From Octopus bimaculoides (Eukaryota), in contig NC_068981.1 of NCBI RefSeq assembly GCF_001194135.2, positions 190,659,385-190,723,384 on the forward strand: DNA of 64,000 nucleotides. Direction: 5' to 3'. Position 1 is the stretch's first letter; the number at the start of each line of letters is the position of its first letter. The notes under the pieces are model-generated. The model did no database searches, was not told where the DNA came from, and saw only the letters and a list, made by a program, of their open reading frames with translations. This document shows positions 1-11,730 of the stretch, piece after piece. The translations under genes and the position numbers were made by a program.

Positions 1-269
1 CTACCCTGGTAACTATTAACCAATTTATTTTGTCAGAGTTAATTATTAACTAAGAGAAAATAAATACATATAATTATATATATATATACATATATNNNNN
101 NNNNNNNNNNNNNNNNNNNNNNNNNNNNNNNNNNNNNNNNNNNNNNNNNNNNNNNNNNNNNNNNNNNNNNNNNNNNNNNNNNNNNNNNNNNNNNNNNNNN
201 NNNNNNNNNNNNNNNNNNNNNNNNNNNNNNNNNNNNNNNNNNNNNNNNNNNNNNNNNNNNNNNNNNNNC

Positions 270-1041
270 AAATTCCGTAATCCCAGCTTTCATTAATAGT
301 GATGACCTTCGAAAAAAAAGGTCCGGATCAACTTCCGACTGTTCTTTCAGTTCACGACACGCATTCATCAGTGACTGCGTTTGACCTTCTGTGAAGCAAG
401 CGAGCCACAAACTTTGCTGCCACTTTTCGCTCGTCGTCCCTCGCTCAAAATCCGTTGGCACGAGCCCCAGGACACAACAGTCATATCAACAAGTTCTGCA
501 ATTGTTCGGTGACGGCCCTCCAAGATCAGTTCATGAATTTTCATGATGTTTTCATTGGTTCGGGAGGTCGACGGTCGTCCTGAACGAGGTTGGTCTTCAA
601 GCGACAAGTAACCATTCCTAAAATTTGGAAACCACTCGTAAACTTGTATTTTGCTTATGGCAGTGTCCTTGTAAGCTGTTTGAAGCATGACAACTGTTTC
701 GGCTGCCGTTTTCTTCAGCAGAAAACAGAATTTCGCGGAAGCTCGCTGTTCCTTCATTTCAACCATCGCAAAAATCGATGAACACGGGAGAAGTATTTTT
801 CGAGTGCATTCAACGTATCTCACATCCAAAGATTTGGCTGCTATTTCTAGCACACCCTGCTACCACATAAGAGAAGCAAGGGAAAGACGCACTACGTAAA
901 AGTACGACTCCAAATAAAGATGCCGGTCGGCAGACTGATGCCTGAGGGTTGCATTAAGTGGCTTCTAGCAGCGGGAATCTGAACTACAATGGGCTTGACC
1001 CACAGAGAACGTTTACGGTTACTTTTGGGTCCTCCCTCGTA
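270..1041 (-). mobile_element. Mariner (Tc1/mariner) transposon, 5' half with frameshifted transposase pseudogene; 3' part lost in the N-gap
   Basis: ORF 368..853 contains EQRASAKFCFLLKKTAAETVVMLQTAY...VYEWF...EDQPRSGRPSTS (mariner HTH). A shifted frame continues NACRELKEQSEVDPD and then FSKVITINESW (first catalytic-D region). A mariner-like terminus TACGAGGGAGGACCCAAAAGT lies on the minus strand at ~1021-1041. Confidence 0.9.
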
Positions 1042-1107
1042 TACGTGTGTGTGTGTATGTGTATGCGTGCGTATACGTGCGAATACGTGCGCATGTGTGT
1101 GTGTGTT

Positions 1108-1315
1108 TGTGTGTGTGTCCTTGTCCACCCCCAACGTTTGACGACTGGTGTTGGTGTGTTTACGTCCCCGCAACTTATAGGTGCGACTGAAGGAAGCTGA
1201 CAGAATAAATACTAAGCTTAAAAAAGAAATAAATAAGCACTAGAGCCGATTCGCTCGACTAAAACCCTTCAAGATTGTGCCCCAGCACGGCCGCAATCTA
1301 ATTCCTGAAATAAAG
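1108..1315 (+). mobile_element. SINE family A, 3' half, diverged
   Basis: Matches the 3' body of the other family A copies (gtgtttacgtccccg...gcacggccgca). Confidence 0.75.
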
Positions 1316-1545
1316 ATACAAACATGACCACATAAAAACTGGAAGAGGAGGAGGTCGTTCGAGGCGTGTGTGGCAAACGGGACAACTGTGAGAGATGATT
1401 TGAGGTGTGAAGAAAGGAGATTCTAATTTACAAATACGGATTCCATTCGTAGATCATTGCCGAAGGAGTATAGCTAACTAAATCAATACAGATACATAAA
1501 TGGTACTTCTCACTTTACTGCACAAACAACCAACCGTAGATACTC

Positions 1546-1928
1546 ATTTACTTGTTTCAGTCATTTGACTGCGGCCATGCTGGAGCACCGCCTTTGGTCG
1601 AGCAAATCGACCCCAGGCCTTATTCTTTGTAAGCCTAATACTTATTCTATCAGTCTCTTTTGCTGAACTGCTAAGTTACGGGGACGTAAACACACCAGCA
1701 TCGGTTGTCAAGCAATGCTAGGGGGACAAACACAGACACACACACACACATATATATATATACATATATATGACGGGCTTCTTTCAGTTTCCGTCTACCA
1801 AATCCACTCACAAGGCTTTGGTCGGCCCGAGGCTATAGTAGAAGACACTTGCCCAAGATGCCACGTAGTGGGACTGAACCCGGAACCATGTGGTTGGTAA
1901 GCAAGCTATTTACCACACAGCCACTCCT
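1546..1928 (-). mobile_element. tRNA-derived SINE family A, full length
   Basis: Head GGAGTGGCTGTGTGGTAA (A-box-like) and GGTTCAGTCCC (B-box-like), internal (TA)/(TG) microsatellite, 3' end GCAGTCAAATGACTGAAACAAGTAAA. More than 15 homologous copies occur in the window. Confidence 0.92.
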
Positions 1929-2632
1929 ATTTAAAATATGGGAGTGTAGCCAACTGATATATATATCCAGTGTTCTTTCTATTGGTACACTCAACCATAA
2001 ATCTTTAAGAAAGTATAGCCGAGTCAACACGGCTACATACCTAATACTCTTTCTATGGTACAAAAACTCATAAATCTCTAAGGAAGGAATGTAACCAATG
2101 TGTCAGCACTGGTACATTTCTAGTACTCTTTCTAATGGTAATGACGGAGTATAGCTAATCGAATCAGCGCTGATACATTTCTAGTATTCTATGGATCTTT
2201 TCAAAGTCTTAAGACAAATAGGAAGAAAGAAGGAGGTTCTCATGAAATCAGGACCCCATTTGAATAATTGTAAAAGACTGGATTCCTTTAAATGTACTAA
2301 GGACCAGGTTGTGTTATAAAACCAAGTTACAGATACGGTTTATGTCTGCCGCCCAAGAACGGGAATGGTTCCTCTAATAAGCTTCCATACAGTTTCTGTC
2401 AACACAATTTCACTCACAAGGCTGTAGTCGAAGCAATATTGAAAAGACTTCCTAAGATATCCTGTAGTGAGGTATACTACGATATCACGTGGCAACGAAG
2501 CGAGCATATGCTCATGTCTGGGCATAACTACATAATTGTACCCCACTTCATCCCAACTTCATCTCCACGAAAGTAATTTTTGTTTCAACATAATTGTAAT
2601 CTACACCAGCTGAAAGGTATTTATCATTTGTC

Positions 2633-2827
2633 TTTTACTTATTTCAGTCATTAGATGCGGCCATGCTGGGGCACCACCTTGAAGGGTTTTAGTCGAATGA
2701 ATTGACCCCAGTAATTATTTTTTAACTCTGGTACTTATTTTACTGGTCACTTTTGCAGGGTCCTAAACACACCAACAGCGGTTGTCAAGTGGTTGGGTGG
2801 GGGAACAAAGATACACACACACACACA

Positions 2828-2865
<38 letters not shown>

Positions 2866-3036
2866 GCGTATACGACGGGCTTCTTTCAGTTTCTGTCTAC
2901 CAAATCCACTCACAAGGCTTTGGTCGGCCCGAGGCTATAGTAGAAGACGTTTGCCCAAGTTTACACGCAGTAGGACTGAACCTGGATCCATGTGACTGGG
3001 AAGCAAACCTTTTGCTACACAGCCACACCTGTGCCT
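2633..3036 (-). mobile_element. SINE family A, full length
   Basis: Collinear homology to 1546-1928. Confidence 0.9.
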
Positions 3037-3049
3037 GTGCCTATTTACT

Positions 3050-3168
3050 CTTTTACTTGTTTCAGTCATTTGACTGTGGCCATGCAGGAGCACCGCTAGG
3101 AAAACGTAAAGACAGACGAAGTACCGTTAAGCATTTCGCTCGACGTGCTAACGTTTCTGCCAGCTCGT
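3050..3168 (-). mobile_element. SINE A 3' tip fused to a SINE family B 5' fragment
   Basis: ttttacttgtttcagtcatttgactg followed by aagcatttcgctcgacgtgctaacgtttctgccagctcg (reverse of the family B head). Confidence 0.75.
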
Positions 3169-3835
3169 AGAAAAATTAATTAAAATGTACTCATTTTTCT
3201 GAGAAAGTTATGAGGAAACAAAGCTGTGGAGTGAGAACTATCTGAAATATTCCCCGCCCCTGAAAAGTTTTCTCAACAAATTCCGGTATAGTTTTAATCT
3301 ACACCGTCTCAGAACTTGGATTTAAAAAATATCTTTTCTTTTTCACAAAGTCAAGAAGAAGAAACAAAGTCAGCGGAGAGGCGGGGGATGGCACACTTCT
3401 GTAGTTATGCCCATGTCTGCTGGAAATCAGTGGATTCGATCATTTAACAAATTGATTCAATGAGAATTGCCGAATAACATTATCGTTGCAAACATTTCCC
3501 ACTGTTACACAACAACAGCAATAACGACAAGAGAAGGTAGATGTTGGGAAGTCGAACTGTCTAAAGAGTTTTCTAAAGAGTTTATTACTTTAGTATTGCG
3601 TTAATGTAAACAAGTGCAACAATGCTTATTGGTGCAAACCTGGAATGGTGGGGAAGAGGGGAGGGGATGATTTTATACAAGAAGTAATAAGTTAGTTCTG
3701 CAATGAATGTCAATAATAGTTATTTTTCTTCATATTATCATCTTGTTCTTTTTACCCATCTGTTTATGCAACAATGCATTTTATGAAAATTAGATCGGAC
3801 TGCTGTTTCACAATTATTCGTCTTTCTTCTATAAA

Positions 3836-3840
<5 letters not shown>

Positions 3841-3912
<72 letters not shown>

Positions 3913-3975
3913 TGTGTGTGTATACATATATATAGTGAGAGAAAGGGAGAGATTGATAGATAAATATACACATGT

Positions 3976-4007
<32 letters not shown>
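3841..4007. repeat. (TG)n then (CA)n microsatellites preceding a gap
   Basis: Direct reading. Confidence 0.95.
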
Positions 4008-4950
4008 NNNNNNNNNNNNNNNNNNNNNNNNNNNNNNNNNNNNNNNNNNNNNNNNNNNNNNNNNNNNNNNNNNNNNNNNNNNNNNNNNNNNNNNNNNNNN
4101 NNNNNNNNNNNNNNNNNNNNNNNNNNNNNNNNNNNNNNNNNNNNNNNNNNNNNNNNNNNNNNNNNNNNNNNNNNNNNNNNNNNNNNNNNNNNNNNNNNNN
4201 NNNNNNNNNNNNNNNNNNNNNNNNNNNNNNNNNNNNNNNNNNNNNNNNNNNNNNNNNNNNNNNNNNNNNNNNNNNNNNNNNNNNNNNNNNNNNNNNNNNN
4301 NNNNNNNNNNNNNNNNNNNNNNNNNNNNNNNNNNNNNNNNNNNNNNNNNNNNNNNNNNNNNNNNNNNNNNNNNNNNNNNNNNNNNNNNNNNNNNNNNNNN
4401 NNNNNNNNNNNNNNNNNNNNNNNNNNNNNNNNNNNNNNNNNNNNNNNNNNNNNNNNNNNNNNNNNNNNNNNNNNNNNNNNNNNNNNNNNNNNNNNNNNNN
4501 NNNNNNNNNNNNNNNNNNNNNNNNNNNNNNNNNNNNNNNNNNNNNNNNNNNNNNNNNNNNNNNNNNNNNNNNNNNNNTGTTTAGTTAAAACTGTTGTCTC
4601 GTGAATACGTTATTTTTAGAGGTGTAACTTTTTTATTTTTCTGGAGACGAAGATTAAAATTGATAGTTTTCTCAGATGGAAATTGTAATTCTTTAGCTGT
4701 TTGTTTTTTGGTTTTTTTTTTTTTTTTTTGGTGTTATTGCTGTTTTAGGGTCTTCTTCCTTTCATTCTTTCTGTTGTTGTTTTTTTTTTTCTTTCTCTTC
4801 TTCTCTTCGTATTACACTGGATTCTTTAACAATAACAGCAACAACAAAGAAAATCCGCAATACGCTTCAAACAAATAACTGATTCAAAAGTTTAAAACAA
4901 CATAAATAAACCAGTAAATAAATGAATAGGAAAAGAAAAATATTGATATC

Positions 4951-5132
4951 AAAAATGGCGATTTACAAAGAATTGTAGGCATTTGTTGATTTTCTGTCAC
5001 AACCGGTGAACATTAGCGTCGTTAGTTACAGGTGTTCAACATCTGTTATCTGTTCAAGGTGAGAGTGATAGGGAAGTGTCTGTATCGCTGTGCGAAACAA
5101 ATAACATAAGGGACTACAGCCGGAGGGCGCTG
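4951..5132 (+). promoter_or_regulatory. Candidate TSS / non-coding first exon with splice donor
   Basis: AAAATGGCG (YY1-like) at ~4952-4960, AAG|GTGAGA donor at 5058/5059, CTCF-like CAGCCGGAGGGCGCTG at 5117-5132. Motif evidence only. Confidence 0.3.
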
Positions 5133-5184
5133 GTTTTCCGGTTTTCTATTTTCTTTCTGATATTTAAATCGTTTACTAATATAC

Positions 5185-5615
5185 ATAAGCGAAACACACA
5201 CACACACACACACACGTACACACGCACTGGCACACGCGCACTGGCACACGCGCACTGGCACACGCGCACGCGCGCTTACTCATACACGTACACGCGTACA
5301 CACACACACACACGCACATGCACACGCACACACGTACACAGGCACTGGTACACGCGCACGCGCGCGTACGCCCCCACATACACACATTCACACACACACA
5401 CGCACACACGTACACACGCACTAGCACACGTTCACGCGTGCATACGCACACAACACACAAACACACACATGTTCACGCACACACGTACACACACACTCAC
5501 ACACGCGTACACGCACATGCCCACACACATGCACGCACACACACGTACGCACACCACGTACACACTCACACGCACACAAGCACACACATACACGCATGCA
5601 CACACATGCATATAT
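5185..5615. repeat. Complex CA/CG-rich low-complexity tract
   Basis: (CA)n interspersed with repeated cacacgcgcactgg units. Confidence 0.9.
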
Positions 5616-5789
5616 TATATACCGAACTAATTCCGAGCCCCTGGTCCTCATCGCCGCATATAACTACGTTAAATCGATAACCCACACAAAAATCAATCAG
5701 AAATCGAAATAATTTTGCAAGGAAAGAAATCTCTCCTCTTTTAGATTAATTGCTTCTAATTAATGCACGAGGTCACTAGTTTTCAAAAG

Positions 5790-5921
5790 GGAGCGGTAAA
5801 ACGAAAGGATGAAAAGTGAAGCTGACCTCTGTGGGATTCGAATTCAGAACGCGAAGACGCAGAACAAATTACGCAAGGCATTTTTCCGACGCTCTAACGA
5901 TTTTACCAACCCACCGCCCTT
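5790..5921 (-). mobile_element. SINE family B fragment, diverged
   Basis: aaggatgaaaagtgaagctgacctc...gaattcagaacg...ctctaacgattttaccaacccaccgcc matches the reverse of the B consensus seen at 29600-29822. Confidence 0.75.
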
Positions 5922-6043
5922 CACTTTTAGATTAAAGCTGTAAAGATTAAGAAAAACAACAGTAAGCTCTTCGACATTGGCATGGGTTCCAATGATTCAG
6001 TTGAGGTTGTCGACGTAATCGGATTATATATCTGAAAGCAATG

Positions 6044-6072
<29 letters not shown>

Positions 6073-6074
<2 letters not shown>

Positions 6075-6241
6075 CGTGTATAAGGGATGACTACTAGGTG
6101 GACATCCAATATGCTAGAAAGAGGTCATCAACGAAATTTGCGAAATATTTTCTGGAGAACATTTTTCTTTGTGGTTGGGTCGTTGATGACCTCTTTCTAG
6201 CATATTGAATGTCCACCTACTGGTCATCCCTTATACACGTG
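6073..6241. mobile_element. MITE with ~62-bp terminal inverted repeats, TA-flanked (Tc1/mariner-type)
   Basis: 6073-6134 is the reverse complement of 6180-6241 with few mismatches; 45-bp spacer; TA on both sides. Confidence 0.8.
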
Positions 6242-6329
6242 TAATACATTTTTTTCTGAATTTTCAGATTTTTTTATATGCTAGGCCACTTGGTTTTAAA
6301 TTGAATTAATATTCAATTTATCACCCTAT

Positions 6330-7380
6330 CTATATAAATAATACATACATACATATAAATTCCTCTTCATTACCGACGGTTTACATCAAGACAACGAATT
6401 ACTCTCACTCCGAATCTTTAACTTTCAGTTTGACTGACAAATTTAAGAAGAATCTGTATAACGTTTTCAAAACTTTAGCTAATCAGTTACTGTTCAGGCC
6501 CGCGTGAAAAGTTAATTTTCTTGACGCCACTCTGAATATATAAATTCATGCACAAAGAATGTAGAAATTTATGCATATCCCATGGAACGACTAAAATATA
6601 TATGCGTAACCTCAAACTATCGTTAGAGTACCTTTAAGAACTTAGTGAAAATGCCTCTCTTAGACTCTCTATCTGTCCTTCAACTGAAGATATTTTGAAC
6701 GATGTACCCAACACCTATTTGAAGTACTGTGTACAAGCAGATACCGAGAGAAAGTAAAACATATGCAGAATACGAGGTTAATCTCTATTACAAAACAGAC
6801 CAGAAAATTATGAATTTTAACCCAGAATTTAACCTACAGTTCCCCACCCCCATGACCAAAGCATTTTTTAAACTTTTAGAAAAGCACTCTCTACCCACTC
6901 GCAAATATAACAAGCTAGTTACCCCCTCCCCCATTATCCAACTTAAATACTTTATTACTGACGACATATTAATTACTACTGACCGTTTCAAACGTTAACT
7001 CCCCTAGTTATATTAGCTGTAGCAGCACTAACACGAACTACTTCCCTCCTGCAGAAAACTGTGATATACGAACTATCATAAAATGTTCTGCAAATGTCTA
7101 ACGGCTAAAACATTTAAAACTAAATTGTAGAAGCACACTCATGCATTCCACAATTCCGATTGGAAAACTTCTACCTTCTTACGGAGCTATATCTGGTAGT
7201 AATACACATCATATAATTTATGAGTAAATACTCTCTTTGACTAAATTCTAATCCAATAAGAAACATTTTTGTCGACTTTGTACATCTCAATACTTTGAAA
7301 TCCTTTTCGCCATCCTAATTCTGCTCAACAAACATTCTGAGTTAATTTTTGAATGTAAACACAAGACATTCAAAACCTTG
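6330..7380 (+). pseudogene. Penelope-like element remnant (RT C-terminal region to GIY-YIG endonuclease end)
   Basis: Broken-frame translations VNFLDATLN (6511), KNLVK...STEDILND, KTFKTKL.KH and terminal LNKHSELIFECKH (7324), resembling the LNKRSE..S.CRH ending of PLE GIY-YIG domains. Confidence 0.75.
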
Positions 7381-8055
7381 AGATACTTTAAACCGATGTT
7401 ATTTCCCAACAAGTAATATATTACCTACTCAATAAATAGCTTCAGTAGATATACTACATCTACAATCTCTATATAACATTTGTAAGGTTGCATGTTTAAT
7501 GCCATAATTCTAAATCAAATTAAATTTTTAAAACACCAACACACTTTAACATCATGGGAAAAGAAAACCTAGCATTTTGTTACTGATGCCATGACAGCAA
7601 AACTATCTCCAAGCTAATACACTACCACTTCACTTCCCCAGATTTAAATTAGAATACAGCACATTTTGTGACCTTATGATTATGGTTGAAGCAGAGAACC
7701 TAACCAACCATTTATACAAAGTTTAACCAGTCATTCTGCAAATTCCAAATGCAGCAGAATCCGCTCTTGTAGGGGAATGGTAGAGATGATAAGAGTTACG
7801 TAGTCGATAATCGCCAATTACATGATATACGCTTACGCACACCTACACACACCTCTCTCTCTCTCTCTCTCTCTCTCATGCAGGCAATCTGTCCATCACA
7901 AACACACACACATGCACAAACCCTCACATAGAGATATAACTTGAATAGTAGGATAGATTTAACAACGGTTGGTAGGAGGAAATAAAGGAGCTGAAGGTTT
8001 ACATTGCCTTATATATGTAGGTGTGTGCGTGTCTGTATGTGTATGCTTATGTGTG

Positions 8056-8112
8056 AGTGAGCGAGTGAGTGAGTGAGTGAGTGAGTGAGTGAGTGAGTGA
8101 GTGAGTGAGTGA

Positions 8113-8177
<65 letters not shown>
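8056..8177. repeat. (GAGT)n-(GT)n compound microsatellite
   Basis: Direct reading. Confidence 0.95.
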
Positions 8178-8179
<2 letters not shown>

Positions 8180-8765
8180 GGTCAGTATTTCGTATATCCG
8201 AAAAAGAAGCCTAAAGCATTCGAAAAGCAGTATGAAACTTATCGCCGAGCAACCTGCCGAAGTATTCCTTTAAAACAAACTTATTCGCCTTCCTATTCAA
8301 GTGCACCTTTTTCTTAAATTTGAAGGTTACCACAAATACATCACTTACTCACCCCTCATACACACACACACATCACTTTTCGGGTATCCCTCTGTTGCTC
8401 CCAATTAGATTCCTTTCTTAGATAAAGCACAAAATACCTTCTACTCGTCTTCCAGTCATATCCGCCGTTATATTTTTCCTTATATCACCTTCCTTCTATC
8501 TCCATAAACTTACCGAAGAATCCCATTAGCAGATTACGCCTGCGGTGTGGTTTTTCCAGTTAATTCCTTCTCTTAATTCACATTTATAATTAAACTCACA
8601 ATTATCATCTATTTTAGTTTGAAGAAACCACCCATGGCAAAACCTGTAGATATTTGTAATGTACAAAAAAAAGAAATAGCGATTTCTATTGAGCACTTTA
8701 TAGCTTAATAATTTAACTAGAGCCAACATTAACATACATTCTTATACGTGTTAACCAATTACATA

Positions 8766-8890
8766 TACGAGCGCTTCTGAAAAGTTCCTGGCTTTGGGTA
8801 AAAGAAAATATGAGAGGGTCAGTAAATTATAATTTTATTCGACATATTCCCTCTCAGATCCACTCACTTATTGCAGCGGTCCTTCAGTAA
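8766..8890. mobile_element. Mariner-like terminal fragment
   Basis: Begins TACGAGCGCTTCTGAAAAGTTCC, resembling TA-flanked mariner TIRs (TACGAGG...TGAAAAGT). Confidence 0.5.
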
Positions 8891-8904
8891 ATGAACACAG
8901 AAGG

Positions 8905-8944
<40 letters not shown>

Positions 8945-8956
8945 ACGTATTCATTC

Positions 8957-10270
8957 ATATTGGATTGTCAGATAAATTAGTTCGTTGTGTTTTTCCCATT
9001 TATTTTAATCTTTATTTTTCATTCAAAATTTGAACAAACATTCGATAATATAATTCTCCTTCATTGTTCATGACTTTCTGCCAACGTTCCGCTAGCTTGT
9101 TAATAATGCCTTGATGGTAGAAATCACCCGGTCTTGACTCCAGGTCTTTGTTGAACGAAACGCTTTGCAGACTTTGGGAGACCTACCATAAAAAGGTAAC
9201 GGCGAGCGCAGTTGAACTCCCCAATTGAGCTCTTGAAAAGCATTTTTGATCAAATTATCGACGTCTGCTTCAACGTTGACAGATTAGCGATGTTCGGGTT
9301 AACGCACACTGTTTCGATGGTCGGGTTGTTTCAGCTGCATAGCGTCTTTGAGTCGGTGCATTTGCTGAACATAGAGTTCTGCATAGACCATGTAGTTGTT
9401 TTCAAGCATTTAATAATAGGTTAGCTTTTTCCAATCCTGCTAAATGCAGATCAGCAGATCATTGCCTAGTGTGGATGCAGCTCTGGCTAGAATCGAGATA
9501 TTACATACTTGTCGGTGTTCAGCTATTCTTTCCTCTTTTCGATATTGACACCATTTTTCATCGCTGCTGACGATGCGGCAAAGAAACCTGCGTCTCCTCG
9601 AGTAACCTGGTGTCTAGCGAATAAACTGGCGGCGATAGAGGAGCGATGAAGTTTGTCCCTTTTGTTCAGCGCGTGTGGTACGCATACGCTGAGTTTTTAG
9701 ACCTTACTCATGGAGTGACAGTTAAGGGTGACGGTATCATGAAAGCATCTTATCTGTTGGGCCAGTTGACTACAGGACGAGCACGGATCTTCTTTGATGA
9801 GCTCGTTCATCGATTCTTTTTGAACTGATCAGGTCAGCCTAAACGCAGAGAGTCTGTTAAGTCGAATTTCCCCTCCTGAGAATGTGAAAACAATTTCTGT
9901 GCATTTCTTTCAGCTATAGCGTCTTCACCGTGCACGGCACAAGAGTCTTAGTTGGCTATGACAGTTTTGGAACCTTGATTAAAAGCGAAAAGAAGCTGTT
10001 ACCAAAAATGTTCGATTCTTTTTCTATTGACTGAAAAGAAGTAAAATTTATTCAAATTTCAAGAACAATAAGCAAAAAAAAAAAGGGCTGAGGAAGAACA
10101 GAACTACAAAATCCATGAAACACTTTGATAAGAATATTTTTCCCGTTAATTCAAATAACACTGGAAAAAAAAAAACAATTAATTTTTTTGACAACGCCAT
10201 ATTTAAAACAATTAAAGCTATAAATGAAACGTCGAAATATAACACTATGTTTTCTTGCTTTACACCAATA
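8957..10270 (-). mobile_element. Near-full-length (~1.3 kb) decayed mariner; transposase pseudogene ~9050-10040
   Basis: Minus-strand pieces in order: FAFNQGSK...CAVHGEDAIAER, GKFDLTDS, VCVPHAL, FLCRIVSSDEKWC (first D), AELYVQQMHRLKDAMQLKQPD, LAERWQKVMNNEGE. Many stops and shifts; left end approximate. Confidence 0.88.
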
Positions 10271-10280
10271 ATATTTCGCA

Positions 10281-10331
10281 TTATTATCATTATTATTATT
10301 ATTATCATTATTATTATTATTATTGTTGTTG

Positions 10332-10365
<34 letters not shown>

Positions 10366-10372
10366 CATCATT

Positions 10373-10421
<49 letters not shown>

Positions 10422-10451
10422 ACATCATTATTATTATTATTATTATTATTG
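10281..10451. repeat. (ATT)n/(CAT)n trinucleotide array
   Basis: Direct reading. Confidence 0.95.
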
Positions 10452-11186
10452 TTCAGTAGTTTTATNNNNNNNNNNNNNNNNNNNNNNNNNNNNNNNNNNN
10501 NNNNNNNNNNNNNNNNNNNNNNNNNNNNNNNNNNNNNNNNNNNNNNNNNNNNNNNNNNNNNNNNNNNNNNNNNNNNNNNNNNNNNNNNNNNNNNNNNNNN
10601 NNNNNNNNNNNNNNNNNNNNNNNNNNNNNNNNNNNNNNNNNNNNNNNNNNNNNNNNNNNNNNNNNNNNNNNNNNNNNNNNNNNNNNNNNNNNNNNNNNNN
10701 NNNNNNNNNNNNNNNNNNNNNNNNNNNNNNNNNNNNNNNNNNNNNNNNNNNNNNNNNNNNNNNNNNNNNNNNNNNNNNNNNNNNNNNNNNNNNNNNNNNN
10801 NNNNNNNNNNNNNNNNNNNNNNNNNNNNNNNNNNNNNNNNNNNNNNNNNNNNNNNNNNNNNNNNNNNNNNNNNNNNNNNNNNNNNNNNNNNNNNNNNNNN
10901 NNNNNNNNNNNNNNNNNNNNNNNNNNNNNNNNNNNNNNNNNNNNNNNNNNNNNNNNNNNNNNNNNNNNNNNNNNNNNNNNNNNNNNNNNNNNNNNNNNNN
11001 NNNNNNNNNTTCTTCTTCTTCTTCTTCTTCTTCTTCTTCTTCTTCTTCTTCTTCTTCGTATTTGTTAGGTAGATTGATTTCTTGTTTGTATTTGTCAGCT
11101 TCCTTAAATACTGAAAACAGTTTTTTGTTTTGCTCGTGTTTTGTGGCTATTTGTATTAGTTTCCCTTGCTTCTGGAGTAGGTATTA

Positions 11187-11233
<47 letters not shown>

Positions 11234-11730
11234 CGTTATGTTGACATCGGCTGTGATAATGATCAGTAGTTGCTCAGTCTATAGCCTCTAGTGGCACTAT
11301 TTGATATCAGTCTTTGTTCTGTGTTTGTTGTTTGTTATTACAGTGCTAGCTGCGATAACAACTTTTCCAGACAGTTAAGCAGTGTCGTAAACCTCACAGA
11401 CAAAATTTTCAAACGCAAATGTAGAGAATGCAGTGTAAACTTGCTTGTTTTAAGAGTAGAGTTGTATGAAAAGCGCAGGGCTTTTGATTTGAGTGGAAAC
11501 CAGGAACGCAAATTAATATAAAGGTAATGAAGGTGTTGTGTGGTTGTCAGTATTAGCTTCTTTTCTAGCTATTCTCATGTCAGTTAAGCTGTTACCTTGC
11601 AGCTGTTGAATATAACCACACTAAAATTCGTTTGAATTTCCAAATATTCTGTTTACCGCGCACTTTACATTCAATAAATTAATATTGTGTAAGTGGTACA
11701 AGGAATAAGAATAATTTCATACGGTAACTG

